Shown in pieces: positions 51,474-63,499 of a stretch of 64,000 nucleotides of DNA (its first letter is position 1; every line of letters begins with the position of its first letter). The DNA lies in the NCBI RefSeq assembly GCF_009834535.1, contig NC_045701.1, positions 76,818,001-76,882,000 of the forward strand. The letters run 5' to 3'. The notes below the pieces were generated by a model that saw only the letters and a list, made by a program, of their open reading frames with translations, was not told the DNA's origin and made no database searches. The stretch comes from Camelus ferus (Eukaryota). A program made the position numbers and the translations under genes.

Positions 51474-51823
51474 TGCTGTTGACATGGTCTGAATGTGTTC
51501 CTGTAAAACTGATGTTGAATCCTAACCCCTAAAGGTGGTGTTATTAGGAGGTGGGGCCTTTGGGACGTTCTTAACTCATGAGGGTATTACCCTCATGGAT
51601 GGAATTAGTGCCTTTGTAAAAGGGACTCCAGAGTCACTCCTCCCCCTTCTGCTGTGTGAGGACACAGCTAGAAGTCTATGACCTAGAAGAGGGCACCCAC
51701 CCAACCATGCTCGCACTCTGGTATTGGACTTCGAGCCCCCAGAACTGTGGGAGAGAAATTTCTGTTTTTTATAAGCACCCAATCTGTGACATTTTGTTAG
51801 AGCAACTCAAATGAACAACAACA
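51474..51823 (+). mobile_element. MLT1A0 solo LTR
   Basis: atggtctgaatgtgttcc, gtattaccctcatggatggaattagtgccttt and agaaatttctgtttttataagc. Confidence 0.9.
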
Positions 51824-53226
51824 GTTGTTACCTTGACCAGTTTGAACTGATGGAAAGATGAACCTAGAATCTTCAAGTGCGACCATAAAGATGCAAGTGT
51901 TGAAAAGTTACCATTCTGTCTCCGGGCTCTGGGCCTGAGGGTCAACAGGAGAATAAAAAGGTTTTACCTTCTCTCTAAAACTCCTGAACACATTTGCCTC
52001 TTTTCAGAATCCGAGGGTGTGAGGCTGAGATAGGCCAGGCCTCTTGGACGAATATCCTAATCCTACCCCTGAGCCGGACTCATTACAAGGGGGTCTGTTG
52101 TTGAGAGTTCAAGTGAGGCTGGGAAAGAGAGTTGTTGCCAAGCCCTGCTCTCTAGGAAGCCCAACTAAGACCATGGGAAAACAAAACCATTTCCAAGGAT
52201 CACAGGCTTTGAATTAAGGGAACCCAAAGAAAAACAGAGAGTGGTGTGAAAGTTATGAACTGAGATGGCTCCACTGGCTTCATCTAGGTAGCGTGAGCTG
52301 GTCCGACTGGCACATTCCACACGCCGGCCAAACACCTTCTTCCCCATTAAGAAGTGCGGCCATCCAGGGTTCTAACACAGTTGGCTTTTTCAGCTATGTG
52401 TTAACCACTCTTTAACCAGCAAAGTAGGAAGGCAGAGGAAAACTTTGAAGGTGAGAAATTCTCCAATGATGTTAACTTTTAAAACACGATTAATGACACT
52501 CATTTGAAGTCAAACTGTTTTTTACTTATTGATGTTTCTGTGGTCCTGACCCTACAGATTTCAGTCGCTCTGTAAACACATTCCTCTAGATTTGGCCTCA
52601 GAATCCCTGGGGGCTAGAAACTGCTAGATGGAATTTCTAATTAAAAAAAAAAAAGAAAGAGTTCCCAGCAATTTAACCCCAAGTTCCCTCGTCAAACATT
52701 TACCCTCACACTCCCTCTTATAAGTGTCCCTGTTGTCTCTTATTCATATTGACAACTCCTACTTGATAGCACCCATGAAAGAACTGACAGCTTTCCTCCA
52801 AAAGCAACACCGTTCATACTGAAGCTGCTTCAACACCTTGAAATTTACCTTTCAGACTGAAAGGTTTCATACATGGTGATTAATACAATTCACAAAGGAT
52901 CTATTTATAAGAGGATTCCTTGTGCACTTGGGTGATAGTTGCTAAAGTAATTTTCTTTTTCTTTGGGTCAAGGTTGAAGAGAATTTTGACTTCATAGAAT
53001 CTCACGTATTTATACAGGTGTGGGGTCCACGTATATTTTACACACACACATTTCTTGGCCTCTCTGTGGGTTCTTTTTGTCTCTTCTTCTCTGTCTTTGT
53101 CTGTATCCCTCTCTTAAATCCTCACTCTCTCTTTATTAAGAAAGTAAGTTATTTTAATGTTGGTGAAAGTTCTGAGCAGCACACATTGGAAACTACTTTA
53201 CAATTACAATTCTCAGTAAATTTTCT

Positions 53227-53871
53227 TTTCCTTTTTTTTTTGTTTTGTTTTGTTTTGTTTTCCCCAAAGAGTTTATTTGGGCAGAAGGGGAACAGGAAGG
53301 CCCTGCATCTAAAAGAAGGTGTTGGGCCTCTTGGTGATGAAGTGTGGCTTGTGCTGGCGACGCAGGACCTGGTGGGGCAGCGGGAACTGGATCTTGGAGT
53401 CGTGGAACTGCTTGACCGCTGGTCGGCGGCACTTGCTGGCCGCGATCTCCTCCAGCTTCATGATCTGGGCGGTGTGGGCCCGGGCGCGGCGCCAGGCACC
53501 CAGGTCTCGGTAGCACTGAGTGACGGCGCCTACTGTGGTCAGGTCCCGGTACTGCCGGTTCATGTAGTGGGTGCCGCTGCGGGAGTCAGAGCGCAGCCAG
53601 ATGCCCAAGTTCTTCACCCGCAGGGGAGATTCCTCGAACACCTGTCCACAGTAGACCATCTCCCCGGACGACTTCACTTTTTTCAGCTGAGACACAGCAC
53701 CAGAATCGGGATTTGGCAACAACGTGATTAGGTGCAAAGATGCGCATGCGATAGAGAGGCGGTGAGCGGCATTTGGGGGTGGGCGGGCAGCGCCCCGCCA
53801 CCTTGTACTCTCGCAGCGTGCCCGAAGCCTTCAGAGCGCTCTATCTGCACTTGCCGCCACCCACGAAAAGG
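53227..53871 (-). pseudogene. RPL18A: Full-length processed pseudogene of 60S ribosomal protein L18a (eL20)
   Basis: Minus strand reads (L)[44 protein letters not shown] then VSQLKK...KRPNTFF*, intronless. Start ATG is CTG (53834-53832). There is a 2-nt deletion in the F47 codon, loss of one Lys codon, and a stop at 53311-53309. The 5' TOP-like CCTTTTC starts at 53871, AATAAA is at 53277-53272 and the decayed poly(A) at 53227-53261. TSD: CTCAGTAAATTTTCT (53212-53226) / CTCAGTAAATTTCCT (53872-53886). Confidence 0.98.
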
Positions 53872-54938
53872 CTCAGTAAATTTCCTGATTCCAGATTCCT
53901 CTTGCCAAGGTGACTGGTGTTAAAATGGCTTTATTACATCTACTGACAAGTTGATCCATCAAGGCTTTTTCGGGCTGATGTAGAATGTCTCACAGGTAAC
54001 TAATAAGAGAAAGTAAAAATGATATCTTTCAATGTCATCTTTATAATTTGGTTTTGATGCTTACACAGAGCCAGAGGAATTTTATACCCAAATCACAACT
54101 CTCTGCATGATGGAATTCTCTTATTTTTTTTTTCTGTCTCTGATTTCCAGTAATAAATATACTCATTATATACTTAAGAGAATAGAATACTTGGAGAACT
54201 GCTCAATAAATGAAATATTACCGTTTACGTATATTTTGAATTCACTCTAGGAAACTACGTCACTGATCGTTTTGCTGGAAACAATCAGATGTATTTTTAT
54301 TTCCATTTTTGTTAACTTAGAAAATAAAACTTCACGTAGACAAAACTCAAAAAAGAGCAGCTCCCTTTGTTCCCTACCAAGATCTCCTCCATACCCAAGG
54401 TGGAGAGAAGTATCCTTTATGTAACCTGCTTGTGAGCTGATGCACTAGAATAGGGAGTTAAGAAGCCATGAGGTGCCATAGTATGTGCGGGCTTTAAAAT
54501 TAAGTTAAAAGCATTCTAATTATTCCTGAGGGGTAGTGAAACTTTAAGAAGAGATATTATAGCCATAAAACTAAGGAAGGCCTAATTTTATACTAATAGT
54601 TCACTCTTCAGATGGGTCTGATTTTCCCTTGGTTTCTCTCTACTGCTGTTAAAATAATTCCTGTTGCCACCTGTTCTTTCTGCTGTAGGCCTTTTAGGCA
54701 TTGAACACATAAAGAAGTCTGCGCCGGTTAGAAGCTGCCGTGCACAGGCTATTTTATTAATAGAGAATCCTAGTTGCAATGTGTGTCTTTTATTCTGTTT
54801 AAGTATTATTGCAAATGACAATAATGAGGATTGACCTTTTGTAAATTTCAGGTACGTACTAAGCATTAATTTTCCTCAATAAGTCATAAGTTTGTTTTCT
54901 TGACTTAGAAGGAGATTCTAAAGCTTTGTTATTACAAT

Positions 54939-55478
54939 TGTAGGGGAACAAAATTTGCCACCCCAAAATGTCTCTTGGGCATGGGGACTGATTTGAGCTG
55001 AAAACAATCCAGGCTCAAAAGACTTAAGAAGAAACCTTGACCTTCCCGCTAACTGCCTGAAGGATGTACGTAAGAAATGTGATCCAGAAAGGGAGTCATC
55101 ACCACAGACAGTGAGGGTATGAACTAGGTGGGGGGGCCCGAGCGAAGTCTAAGATTCCTCTCTGCGTCTCGTCTCTCTGCGTGGCCCAGCAAACGTGTGT
55201 TTACCAAACATTTGCTTTTCCATCTCCAAGTCAATTGCCTTCTTCCCCTTCGAGGTCCCAAACCATTACCCGCTCCTTTGTCTTTAGCTGGAAATGATAT
55301 TTAAGGAGAGGGTTTCAGGCATTTTGGTGAGTTACTCAGTTTTCCTGCATCTCTCCCATGTGTACATAATAGTAAACTTTTGTTTGATTTCCTTCTGTTA
55401 ATCTGTCTCATGTCAATTTAATCTTTGGATCAACCAGAAAACCTAGAAGGGTAGAAGAAAATTTTTTCCTCCCCAACA
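54939..55478 (+). mobile_element. ERV1 (MER34-like) solo LTR, complete, 540 bp
   Basis: TG...CA termini (tgtaggggaacaaaatttgccaccccaaaatgtctc and ttcctccccaaca); perfect 4-bp TSD CAAT at 54935-54938 and 55479-55482. Confidence 0.92.
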
Positions 55479-57049
55479 CAATTTAAGAAGTGACTTATGC
55501 CTAAATAGTCTCTCAGTCATAGGTAAAGGATTCTCAAATAGAAGATTGTAATTATGTTTTTTTCATTATCTTTGGATAGAGGCCTAGATCTTTGGGATTA
55601 TTGATTACCAATGATAAAAGGACCTTGATAAGATTTTTTTTTTTTTAAATGCAGCTGAGTGGGCCCTGATTTCTTAAATACACAAAGCAAGTAGAAATGT
55701 TTAAACTTCCTCAGTGGATATAGCCTAATAAAATCACCAAAGCTTTAAGAGATAACTAATTTATGAATTAACCAGCCATATATATTCTAGGAAAAGAATT
55801 TTCTTGATCTTTTGTGTTTGGTATTTTGTATATTTCTGGATCAATTTGAACAGATTTGGCTTTATGTTTCTCTCACCCTAATCTTCCTTCCCAGAATAAT
55901 CCAAACAGGGAAAAAAAAAATTTCCTTGATACCTTATATGACTCTGGCTTTTTTAAGTGGAAATTTATCTGTAGCAGCTGAGGGATAAAAAATGGTGGAC
56001 CACTGGTGAATTTTAATTATTCTTTGTATATTTTGAAATGCAACTAATAAATATAATAAATAGCTTAAAGAAAGAAAGAGGGTAAACCCCTTAGTTTTTT
56101 TTTTAATTGATGTGTAGCAATGTATCTCAGTATAATCTATTTCTGTATATTGTTTCCATTATTATATGTTATTTCCATATTGTTTCCATATTCCATTATT
56201 ATGATATTTTGTGTCCATTCTATTATTAAGCAATATGAGGAATTTTCACTTGATTATTTTATATATGTATGTATTATTCAGTTTGGATAATCTTTAGTAT
56301 CTGGGGATTCTTACAAATGTAGAACAGAAATAGCAGATTTCAAAATGCCATAATTTTGAAAGATTGTCATCGTATTTGATGCCAAACATCATGACATAAA
56401 TTGGGAAACAGTGTATTTGCAGGCTTACCTGGACCCAGGGTAGGCAAGGAGTTTGAGAACCAATAACCTATTTGTTCCAAAACTATTTTTATTCAAGGGA
56501 AATCCACCCAACCTGATAGAATTAGTATGCTCTATACCTAGAGAATCCCCAGATCCAAGAAAGAGTTCTGGATCCACGAAGTTGAAGACCCACTAACCTA
56601 ATGTGCATCCCAAACAGTTCCAAATATTAAACAGAAAGGTGTAGACTGGCTTTGAATCTATAGACATATGTTTGGATTCTGGTCCATCGGCTTAATCTTG
56701 CTAAGCCATGTTTTTCTTCATGCATAAAATGATGATAATTAACACCCCATAAAATTGAAGTAAAACATAAATGAAGTAATGATTTGAAAATATTTTGCAA
56801 AGTGCCAGACAACTGGTAATGCTCATATAAAAAGGGAATCCTTTTCATTTCCTTCTCCTTCCTGAACATGCGTAGAGAACCTACTATGTACAGAACTCTC
56901 TATAAAATATATAAAAATTTTATAAATTATTTTTGAACTAAAGGGTGAAATATAAGAATATGAAAAATACAAATTGTGTTTTGTATTCAGAGGAGTTCTC
57001 TATAGTACAGAGTATGAATATATCGAAATAATAAAACATAGGTTGGTGC

Positions 57050-57560
57050 TAGTATCCCATGGAAAGTGTTAAATGCTAGATTAAGGAGTTTAGATCAAAT
57101 TTTTTTAGGTGATAGAAGCACTAAATGCTTCTGAGCAAAGGAAGGGAGCAGTCAAAACTCATTCCAACTGACTGCATTGCATACTACTTGCAGACAAGCT
57201 ACAATATTGTATCTATATTATATGTGTATACTCTACTGTAGCAGACTGGATGGGAGGCCTGAACTAAAGAAATGGGGGAAAATAAAAGTCAGGGTGCAAG
57301 TATGGGAAGAATTTCAATGACATCATCAGTAGAGTTTATAGAGTGATTGCATGGAAGGTGATGGAGTTTAAAATTATTCTGAAATTACCGAATATGTGGA
57401 AGTGGGAAACAGGCTGTCTTTGCAAGGTTGATGATGAATTCTGATTCTGACATAACGACTGGTTGGGGTTCAAGTATAATATTGAAATGGAAGTACTTAG
57501 TGGCCAATAGGAAAAGCAACAGTAAAGCTGGCAAATAAGATGGAAAATAGAGACATAAGA
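57050..57560 (-). mobile_element. L2 fragments
   Basis: taaggagtttagatc, gcttctgagcaaagg and gaattctgattctgacat. Confidence 0.6.
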
Positions 57561-57599
57561 CTGACAAAGTATGCAGTAAATTGTATTCTGTAATTGCCA

Positions 57600-57970
57600 G
57601 AGAGGATCCCCACTGAGAACAGGGTTGGCCTCAAAACTTGCTTTACCGATGATGAAATGTGAGAAGGAGTAACGTGCCATTTCTGGGAGGTCCTCTGAGA
57701 GCCATGGTCGGCTTGGTCACAGTCTCTTGCTCCTCCACACTAGCTGGCGATACTCCCTCTGACTCCTCCAGTGCAGACATTTACACTGAAGAGCGCCCCC
57801 TACCTTCTCCTCCCCCCACCTTTATCCCCCCAACCACCACAAGGACTACTGCTGCAGATTCTCTCTTATAGGGCAGGTTTTGTGAGGGAAATAAATTTTC
57901 GTTGTTACAGACCATGATCATTTTGGGTGGTTTATTTCCATAGTACAACTTGGTATATTTTGACTGATAC
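57600..57970 (+). mobile_element. MLT1H/I/J-like LTR
   Basis: gtaacgtgccatttctggg, gaaataaattttcgttg and terminal tattttgactgataca. Confidence 0.7.
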
Positions 57971-58059
57971 AAAAAAAAGTGACCAAAGAACTTGGGGTTG
58001 ATCCTTCTTCTTTTTGAAGTTAGGCAGGGTATGTATTTTTTAAAAAATATGATTGTAGA

Positions 58060-58550
58060 ATGTTAGCACTATGTGAGATCTTAGAAACAATTTAATATAA
58101 TCCCCTTGGTTAATAGATAAGGAAATTAAGAAACAGGAATGAAGAGTTTTGCCTGGAGAAACATTTTCAACAATGCCAGAGGGTTTCTAAAAATGAGAGC
58201 GCTTCAGGTGCAAATTTAATTACTTTTCCATTAAATTGCACTCATTTTGTCTGCTATAGGTCAGCATCGATTGCAAATTGCATAAAATCCAGAGTGATGA
58301 TACAATGAATAACGCAGATACCATCTTTACCTGCCAGTTAATTATTTTCCAAAAATATCCATTGACCACCTACACTGTCCCAGGCATTTTGTGTATATTA
58401 CCTCCACTGAGTTATCTAAGAGCCCTTCAAGCTAAGTCTGATACTCTCATGCTGAGGAAACTGAAGGCAGAGATTTCAAGTAGGATTGATAAGGGTCAGA
58501 AAGAAGATGAGATTGAAATATGGATGATCTGTTGAGATTCAGGCTCCATG
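58060..58550 (-). mobile_element. Two MIR fragments (about 58060-58170 and 58340-58550)
   Basis: atagataaggaaattaag and tgaggaaactgaaggcagaga. Confidence 0.65.
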
Positions 58551-58959
58551 GATATTTAACTAAAGCAGACACACTAAACAAACAGAAGGTGCTCCTATTT
58601 CTTTATCCATACAAAGCATTTGATCTATGTTGGGCAGTAAGTGGGAGACCTGGAAAGAACATAATAGTAAGAAAATGAAAAATTAAAATATAAAGGTAGA
58701 ACCTGTCATTTAAAGGTCATTGGTGGAAAAACTAGACAGTCGTCAGCTATCTATCAGCTACTATGTTTCTGATGCTCTTCCCCAACTGCTCTGAAACGTA
58801 GATACTTACTCCCATTTCAGACATCTGAAAATGGAAGCTTTCAACTCAATTCCGTATTTTACTCCACTGTGGAATCTTGGGCTGTTTGCCATTTGAACAC
58901 AATTCAACAGTTGGTTGAACTTCAAAAGGCGAGTGTGGGGAAAGGCTGTCTGGATTTCA

Positions 58960-59215
58960 AGTGGAAGGTATGCTGAGAAACAGCGTAAGACAGGAAAGAT
59001 AAGCAGCATACTTGTGATGAAAAGCTTCCAACGCCAGGCTGTAGGGTTTATCCTTAATTCATCAGGCACGACCAAGGCATGGAGGGCTTTAGAACTCTAT
59101 CAAGTCTAGGCATAAGGAAGATTGATCTGGCGGGGGCAGACATTGGATCTGGCGTTGGTAGATTTATTGGATCCAGGAGGAACTGGACATGGGGAGATGA
59201 ATCAGAGGGTTATTT
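58960..59215 (-). mobile_element. L2 fragment
   Basis: ccaggctgtagggtttatccttaattc and catggagggcttt. Confidence 0.5.
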
Positions 59216-59348
59216 NNNNNNNNNNNNNNNNNNNNNNNNNNNNNNNNNNNNNNNNNNNNNNNNNNNNNNNNNNNNNNNNNNNNNNNNNNNNNNNNNNNNN
59301 NNNNNNNNNNNNNNNNNNNNNNNNNNNNNNNNNNNNNNNNNNNNNNNN
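59216..59348. other. Assembly gap (133 N)
   Basis: Run of N. Confidence 1.
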
Positions 59349-60559
59349 TGAAGCTAGAAAAAAGTGAACAAGCACTTTCCATAACAGGCATTAATGCACC
59401 TGAGACAAAATTTGAACCACAGTGTAGCTAAATCTATGCTATCACTATGTGCATTTTAATGTTGTTCTACATCCAATGGCTGAATATAATCAGTCTGAAA
59501 ATAGTAAGGGAAGTATTCATTTGTTTCCTGTAATCATATAACTGCAATATGTAAAGGTATGCCAAACACATGGGTAGTTAAATTATCTTTTGCCAGAACC
59601 TGCTGAACACGTTGAAAAAGTTGCAAAACACATTTGGAAGCACCATGTGGGTGCTGTTGGAAGTCCGTGTACATTTATAATCAAGCCAATAGTTGCTATG
59701 ACACGTAAGCCACACCAGTGTGTGTTTAAAAGGTTGATCACCCTACCACCGATTCCCTTTCACACCACACAGTTTTAATAAAGAACAAATTTTGCCTAGA
59801 GGACCCTTCTCAGTTCATGACAACTAGCATCCATCAGCGTCCTGCTCCTTGTGCACCGATGCTGATGACTGCACTGTTTGTGATCTGGGAAATTTGGGGG
59901 AGAAAAGGGGTCAAATATTTATTAGTTTCTGAAGGTGTCCATAAACAAATTTTCTACAGTTATACTCAAAACCTTTTTTTTTCTCTCCTAACATGTTTCT
60001 GCTTCTTCAGTAGAGATTAAATAAATCATTATCTTTCCCTTATTTCCCTTTATTCAACATGTGCTTCTTTATTCAACATTTGCTTCTTCGGTCGGCTTCA
60101 GAGCCACGCTCTGCTAGAACTCTCTGTAGAACTCTCTGTGCCACATCTGAACTGGCTGCTCCACAGACACACACCTTGGATCCCCGTCCCCCCTCCCTCC
60201 CCACCCCCCTGTACTGCAGTTTTATTCCCCTTTTAATCATGGAGTTGAAAGTGAAGAGACAACAGTTGGGGTTTTATTATGCCAGTTCCAAGATGTTTTC
60301 ATAAGAGACCACGTGGAAAACAGGGGGGTGCAGAAATGAGGCATGTGGAGAGGGGAGCACAAATATTTCTGGACTTCAAAGCGAAGGGAAAAGGATAAAT
60401 AAGTCATTCTGTAGCCAGCAACTGCATATATTTATTACCTTTTAAAAAATGGCCAGAGGTACTGAAATATAAATGGAAGGAACTATTTGGAAGTCTGACA
60501 CTTTTCCTCCCCCTCTGAATGATGCGAAAATGCACTTACTCTGAGAACAGTGTATGCTT

Positions 60560-61060
60560 TTCTTTTAATCTTTTTTATTTCAGTTAAACAAGAAAAACAT
60601 GTTTGCTTTAACAAATTCAAACAATGTATAAGTGTGTATAGTAAAAAGCGTAAGCCCTTCTCGGCCTTCTTTGCCCTTCATTGTTCTCTGTTTCTTATTC
60701 TTGGAGAATTTTTTTCTGTGCATAGAAATATGAGCCTTACATGTTCAACAACAATTTTGTTTTGGTCTTTTAAGCAAATTGGGATCAGAGTCTTCATTTC
60801 CTTCCGTATAGCTTGCTATTTTATTTAACAATATGCAGTGGGTGTTTTTCTAAGTCAGAATCAAATTCAGTTGTTTTAATGGCAGCACAGTTTTCCATTT
60901 GTGTGTAATTCCTCTCTTTCTCTTAATTATTATTCTTCTTTTTCTAACACTAGTGATGTTGCTGTGAGCTTACTTATGCATATATTTGTATATATGTGTT
61001 CAAGTATTTTGGTGAAAAGATTCCTATATGTTATTTGACACTTTGAACATATTTTTTCCT
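60560..61060 (-). mobile_element. L1ME-type 3' fragment
   Basis: ttttaatggcagcacagttttccattt and gttgctgtgagcttacttatgcatatatttg. Confidence 0.65.
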
Positions 61061-63499
61061 CCTCATATAATGAATGATAATGATTTACACACATACATAT
61101 ACACTGACACATCTCTTGCCTGTGTCTACATGATCTCTAGAGACCAAAGAGGATATTTAGATAAATATTTGGAAATTTCATAACCACCAGAGTGCTAAAT
61201 GTCATTAAGGATCATTCTCACTAAGGAAATTTTCTGTAGGTTGTCCTACCTCCATCCCCTTAGCTCTGAATATTCACTAAAATATCCAAATATTCTGCCC
61301 ACATTTTGTAGCCGCACCCATAATCTTGTTTGCTTTGTGGTCCCTTACCTTCCTCTACATGGCATTCATCCACATGCTAGTGATGCTATTTTTTCTCTTT
61401 TCTTCCAGCGATTTTTAGTATCAGCCTCGGTCTGCAGTAAAGCACAAAGCTGTAGTGGAAATGACAGTTCCCCTAGAAGCCATCTAAGTACCTTCCTACG
61501 CTCCGGGTTTGTTTATTCTTTTTAGAAGCTCAGAGAACACAAAACATGGGCTACATCTGACAAGATGCTGGGTTGAAATCATTTTTTAGCAGATATCAAG
61601 CTGTGCAGATTTGCAGCCAGGAGACTGATCTGGAACAATGGAAGGGAGAATGGGACAGTACTGCAGCATTTAATACTTCTTTGTAATGTCATTGATTTTT
61701 TTTTTTTAAGGAAACACTTTGTATATAGCAGAGGTTATTGTCATCTTTGGTTTAAAAAAAAGCCACAGGGTTGAAGTGTCATTAGCTTTATGGAAAGATA
61801 ATCAGTTACTTTAGTAGTTAAGGGTAGAAAGTTTATTTGTGCCTGTCGTTATGGAATGACTTAGACATGAGTATAAAAATTAGAAAAATAAAGGAAAATG
61901 CATCTTTACTGAGTTACTGTAAAAGACATTCTGGAGCCAGTGTAGCTGCATAGAAAGGAATTATGTTTCCAGAACTGTTGTGAGAATTAGGGAAGCCAAA
62001 GTCCATAAAACCACCTTTAGGAAAGAAACATTTATTTCTAAAAATAAGAATACTTGTGATTTATATTATATGTTTATTTGGGGGACTTATTTAAATAGAC
62101 AAGAGTCCCCAGTTTCTGTACATGTAGTAGTCCAGAAAATGTAATTGGTAGTACATAGGTTATGAGCACAGGCCAAGGCTGTTTGCTTCTCAGCAAATAG
62201 AAGGATGAATACATTTATGCTGAATAGCAGTCACAGGAAAGAACTAACAATTGAATCAAACACGTTGTCTTAATATACAAGAGACATACTATTACAAATT
62301 AAAGACTGCATTCATTTCAGTTGATTGGCACCAACTGAAAAAAATCAATTTGAGGGGCTCATTTGGTGCTTCGTGCTCTTCTGCATCATCTATATTATTT
62401 GATTTATCCCCTGTAGCACTTGTCCAGAGAGGGCAGGCAGAGGTAGGAAGGCATTATTTATACTGCCTACCTAAATGAGTTTGAGGCTATAATCATTTTA
62501 AACTATTTAAGTTTTATTAGTCTGGGAATTCTAAAATTCAGGAGTGAAATAAGACATTGTGTATAGTTTAATATTTAACAGTAACAAAGAGGGACAGAAA
62601 AAAAAAGGAAAGGTTTTTTTTCTTCTCCTCACATTTGCATAATCTCTGTATATCCCTAATGAACTGGGGTAAGGTCCATTGTGCTCCTCTCTGACTCAAA
62701 GGTATTATAAACTAGATGACTAGGAGAGTTGCCTTTAATATTGAAATTACACCAGTTTAAATACAATACCGCCTTTAACTTTTTCAGCAACGTGAATTTC
62801 TCCATGAAAGGGTCAATTAACCTAAAATACTTGAGCATCTGGAAGAATGCTCTTCTATTTAGAATTTGCCTACCAGACAAGTCATTAAGTATTTCAAGAA
62901 AACACGAGCTATATATATTCAAGATAGGAAGTCCAAAGCAAACTGATTCAAAAAAGCCATTTGGCTAAAGTGAAATTTTATCCAATTAAATTCACACTGT
63001 AAATATATTGGCAAATTATTTAGACTCCTCAATAGCTTTGGGACTGTTGCCAACATAACTAAGATGGAAGGAAATCCTGCTTTTTAAAAGCGACAACTTC
63101 TTCCACTACAGAATTTAGACATCAAGTTTCTGGAATGCCTTATTGTGCTTTTGATCCAGGGCTAATGGAGCTTAAGTGATTCCCTCTTTAAATTTGGGGT
63201 TACTTTGTAACACAAAGGCACTTATTTCTCTTAAGTCAACTAGTTTAGGTATAGTCTTTAGTAAAACCCAAACATCAGTTTAGTTTCAGATTTTTTTCCA
63301 GGGCCACTACTCACCCATTTGGCACTGTTGTATGAATCGGTGCTCTCTGGAGTGGACACAGCCTGGGCCAGCACCCCTCACCTCCACTTTCCCCCTGCAT
63401 CTGGGCACCATTTGGAAGCCACAATCTGTTCAACTCAGCGTGATAACCCTGCATCTTCAAATAATCTCTAATTGAATAGTTGTCACATTATTTCCTCTA

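Noticed and set aside
53018-53731. 237-aa + strand ORF and other ORFs overlapping the retrocopy
   Set aside because: These are antisense shadow frames of GC-rich RPL18A coding sequence with non-ATG starts, and the 237-aa ORF runs through the poly(T) tail.
56147-56225. Short degenerate ccatatt/ccatt repeats; also small duplications at 46713-46745 and near 60115-60140
   Set aside because: Ordinary low-complexity slippage products.
21815-57804. CTCF-like strings near 21817, 21939, 26394 and 57793
   Set aside because: Each misses core positions of the motif and cannot be supported without PWM scoring or ChIP data.
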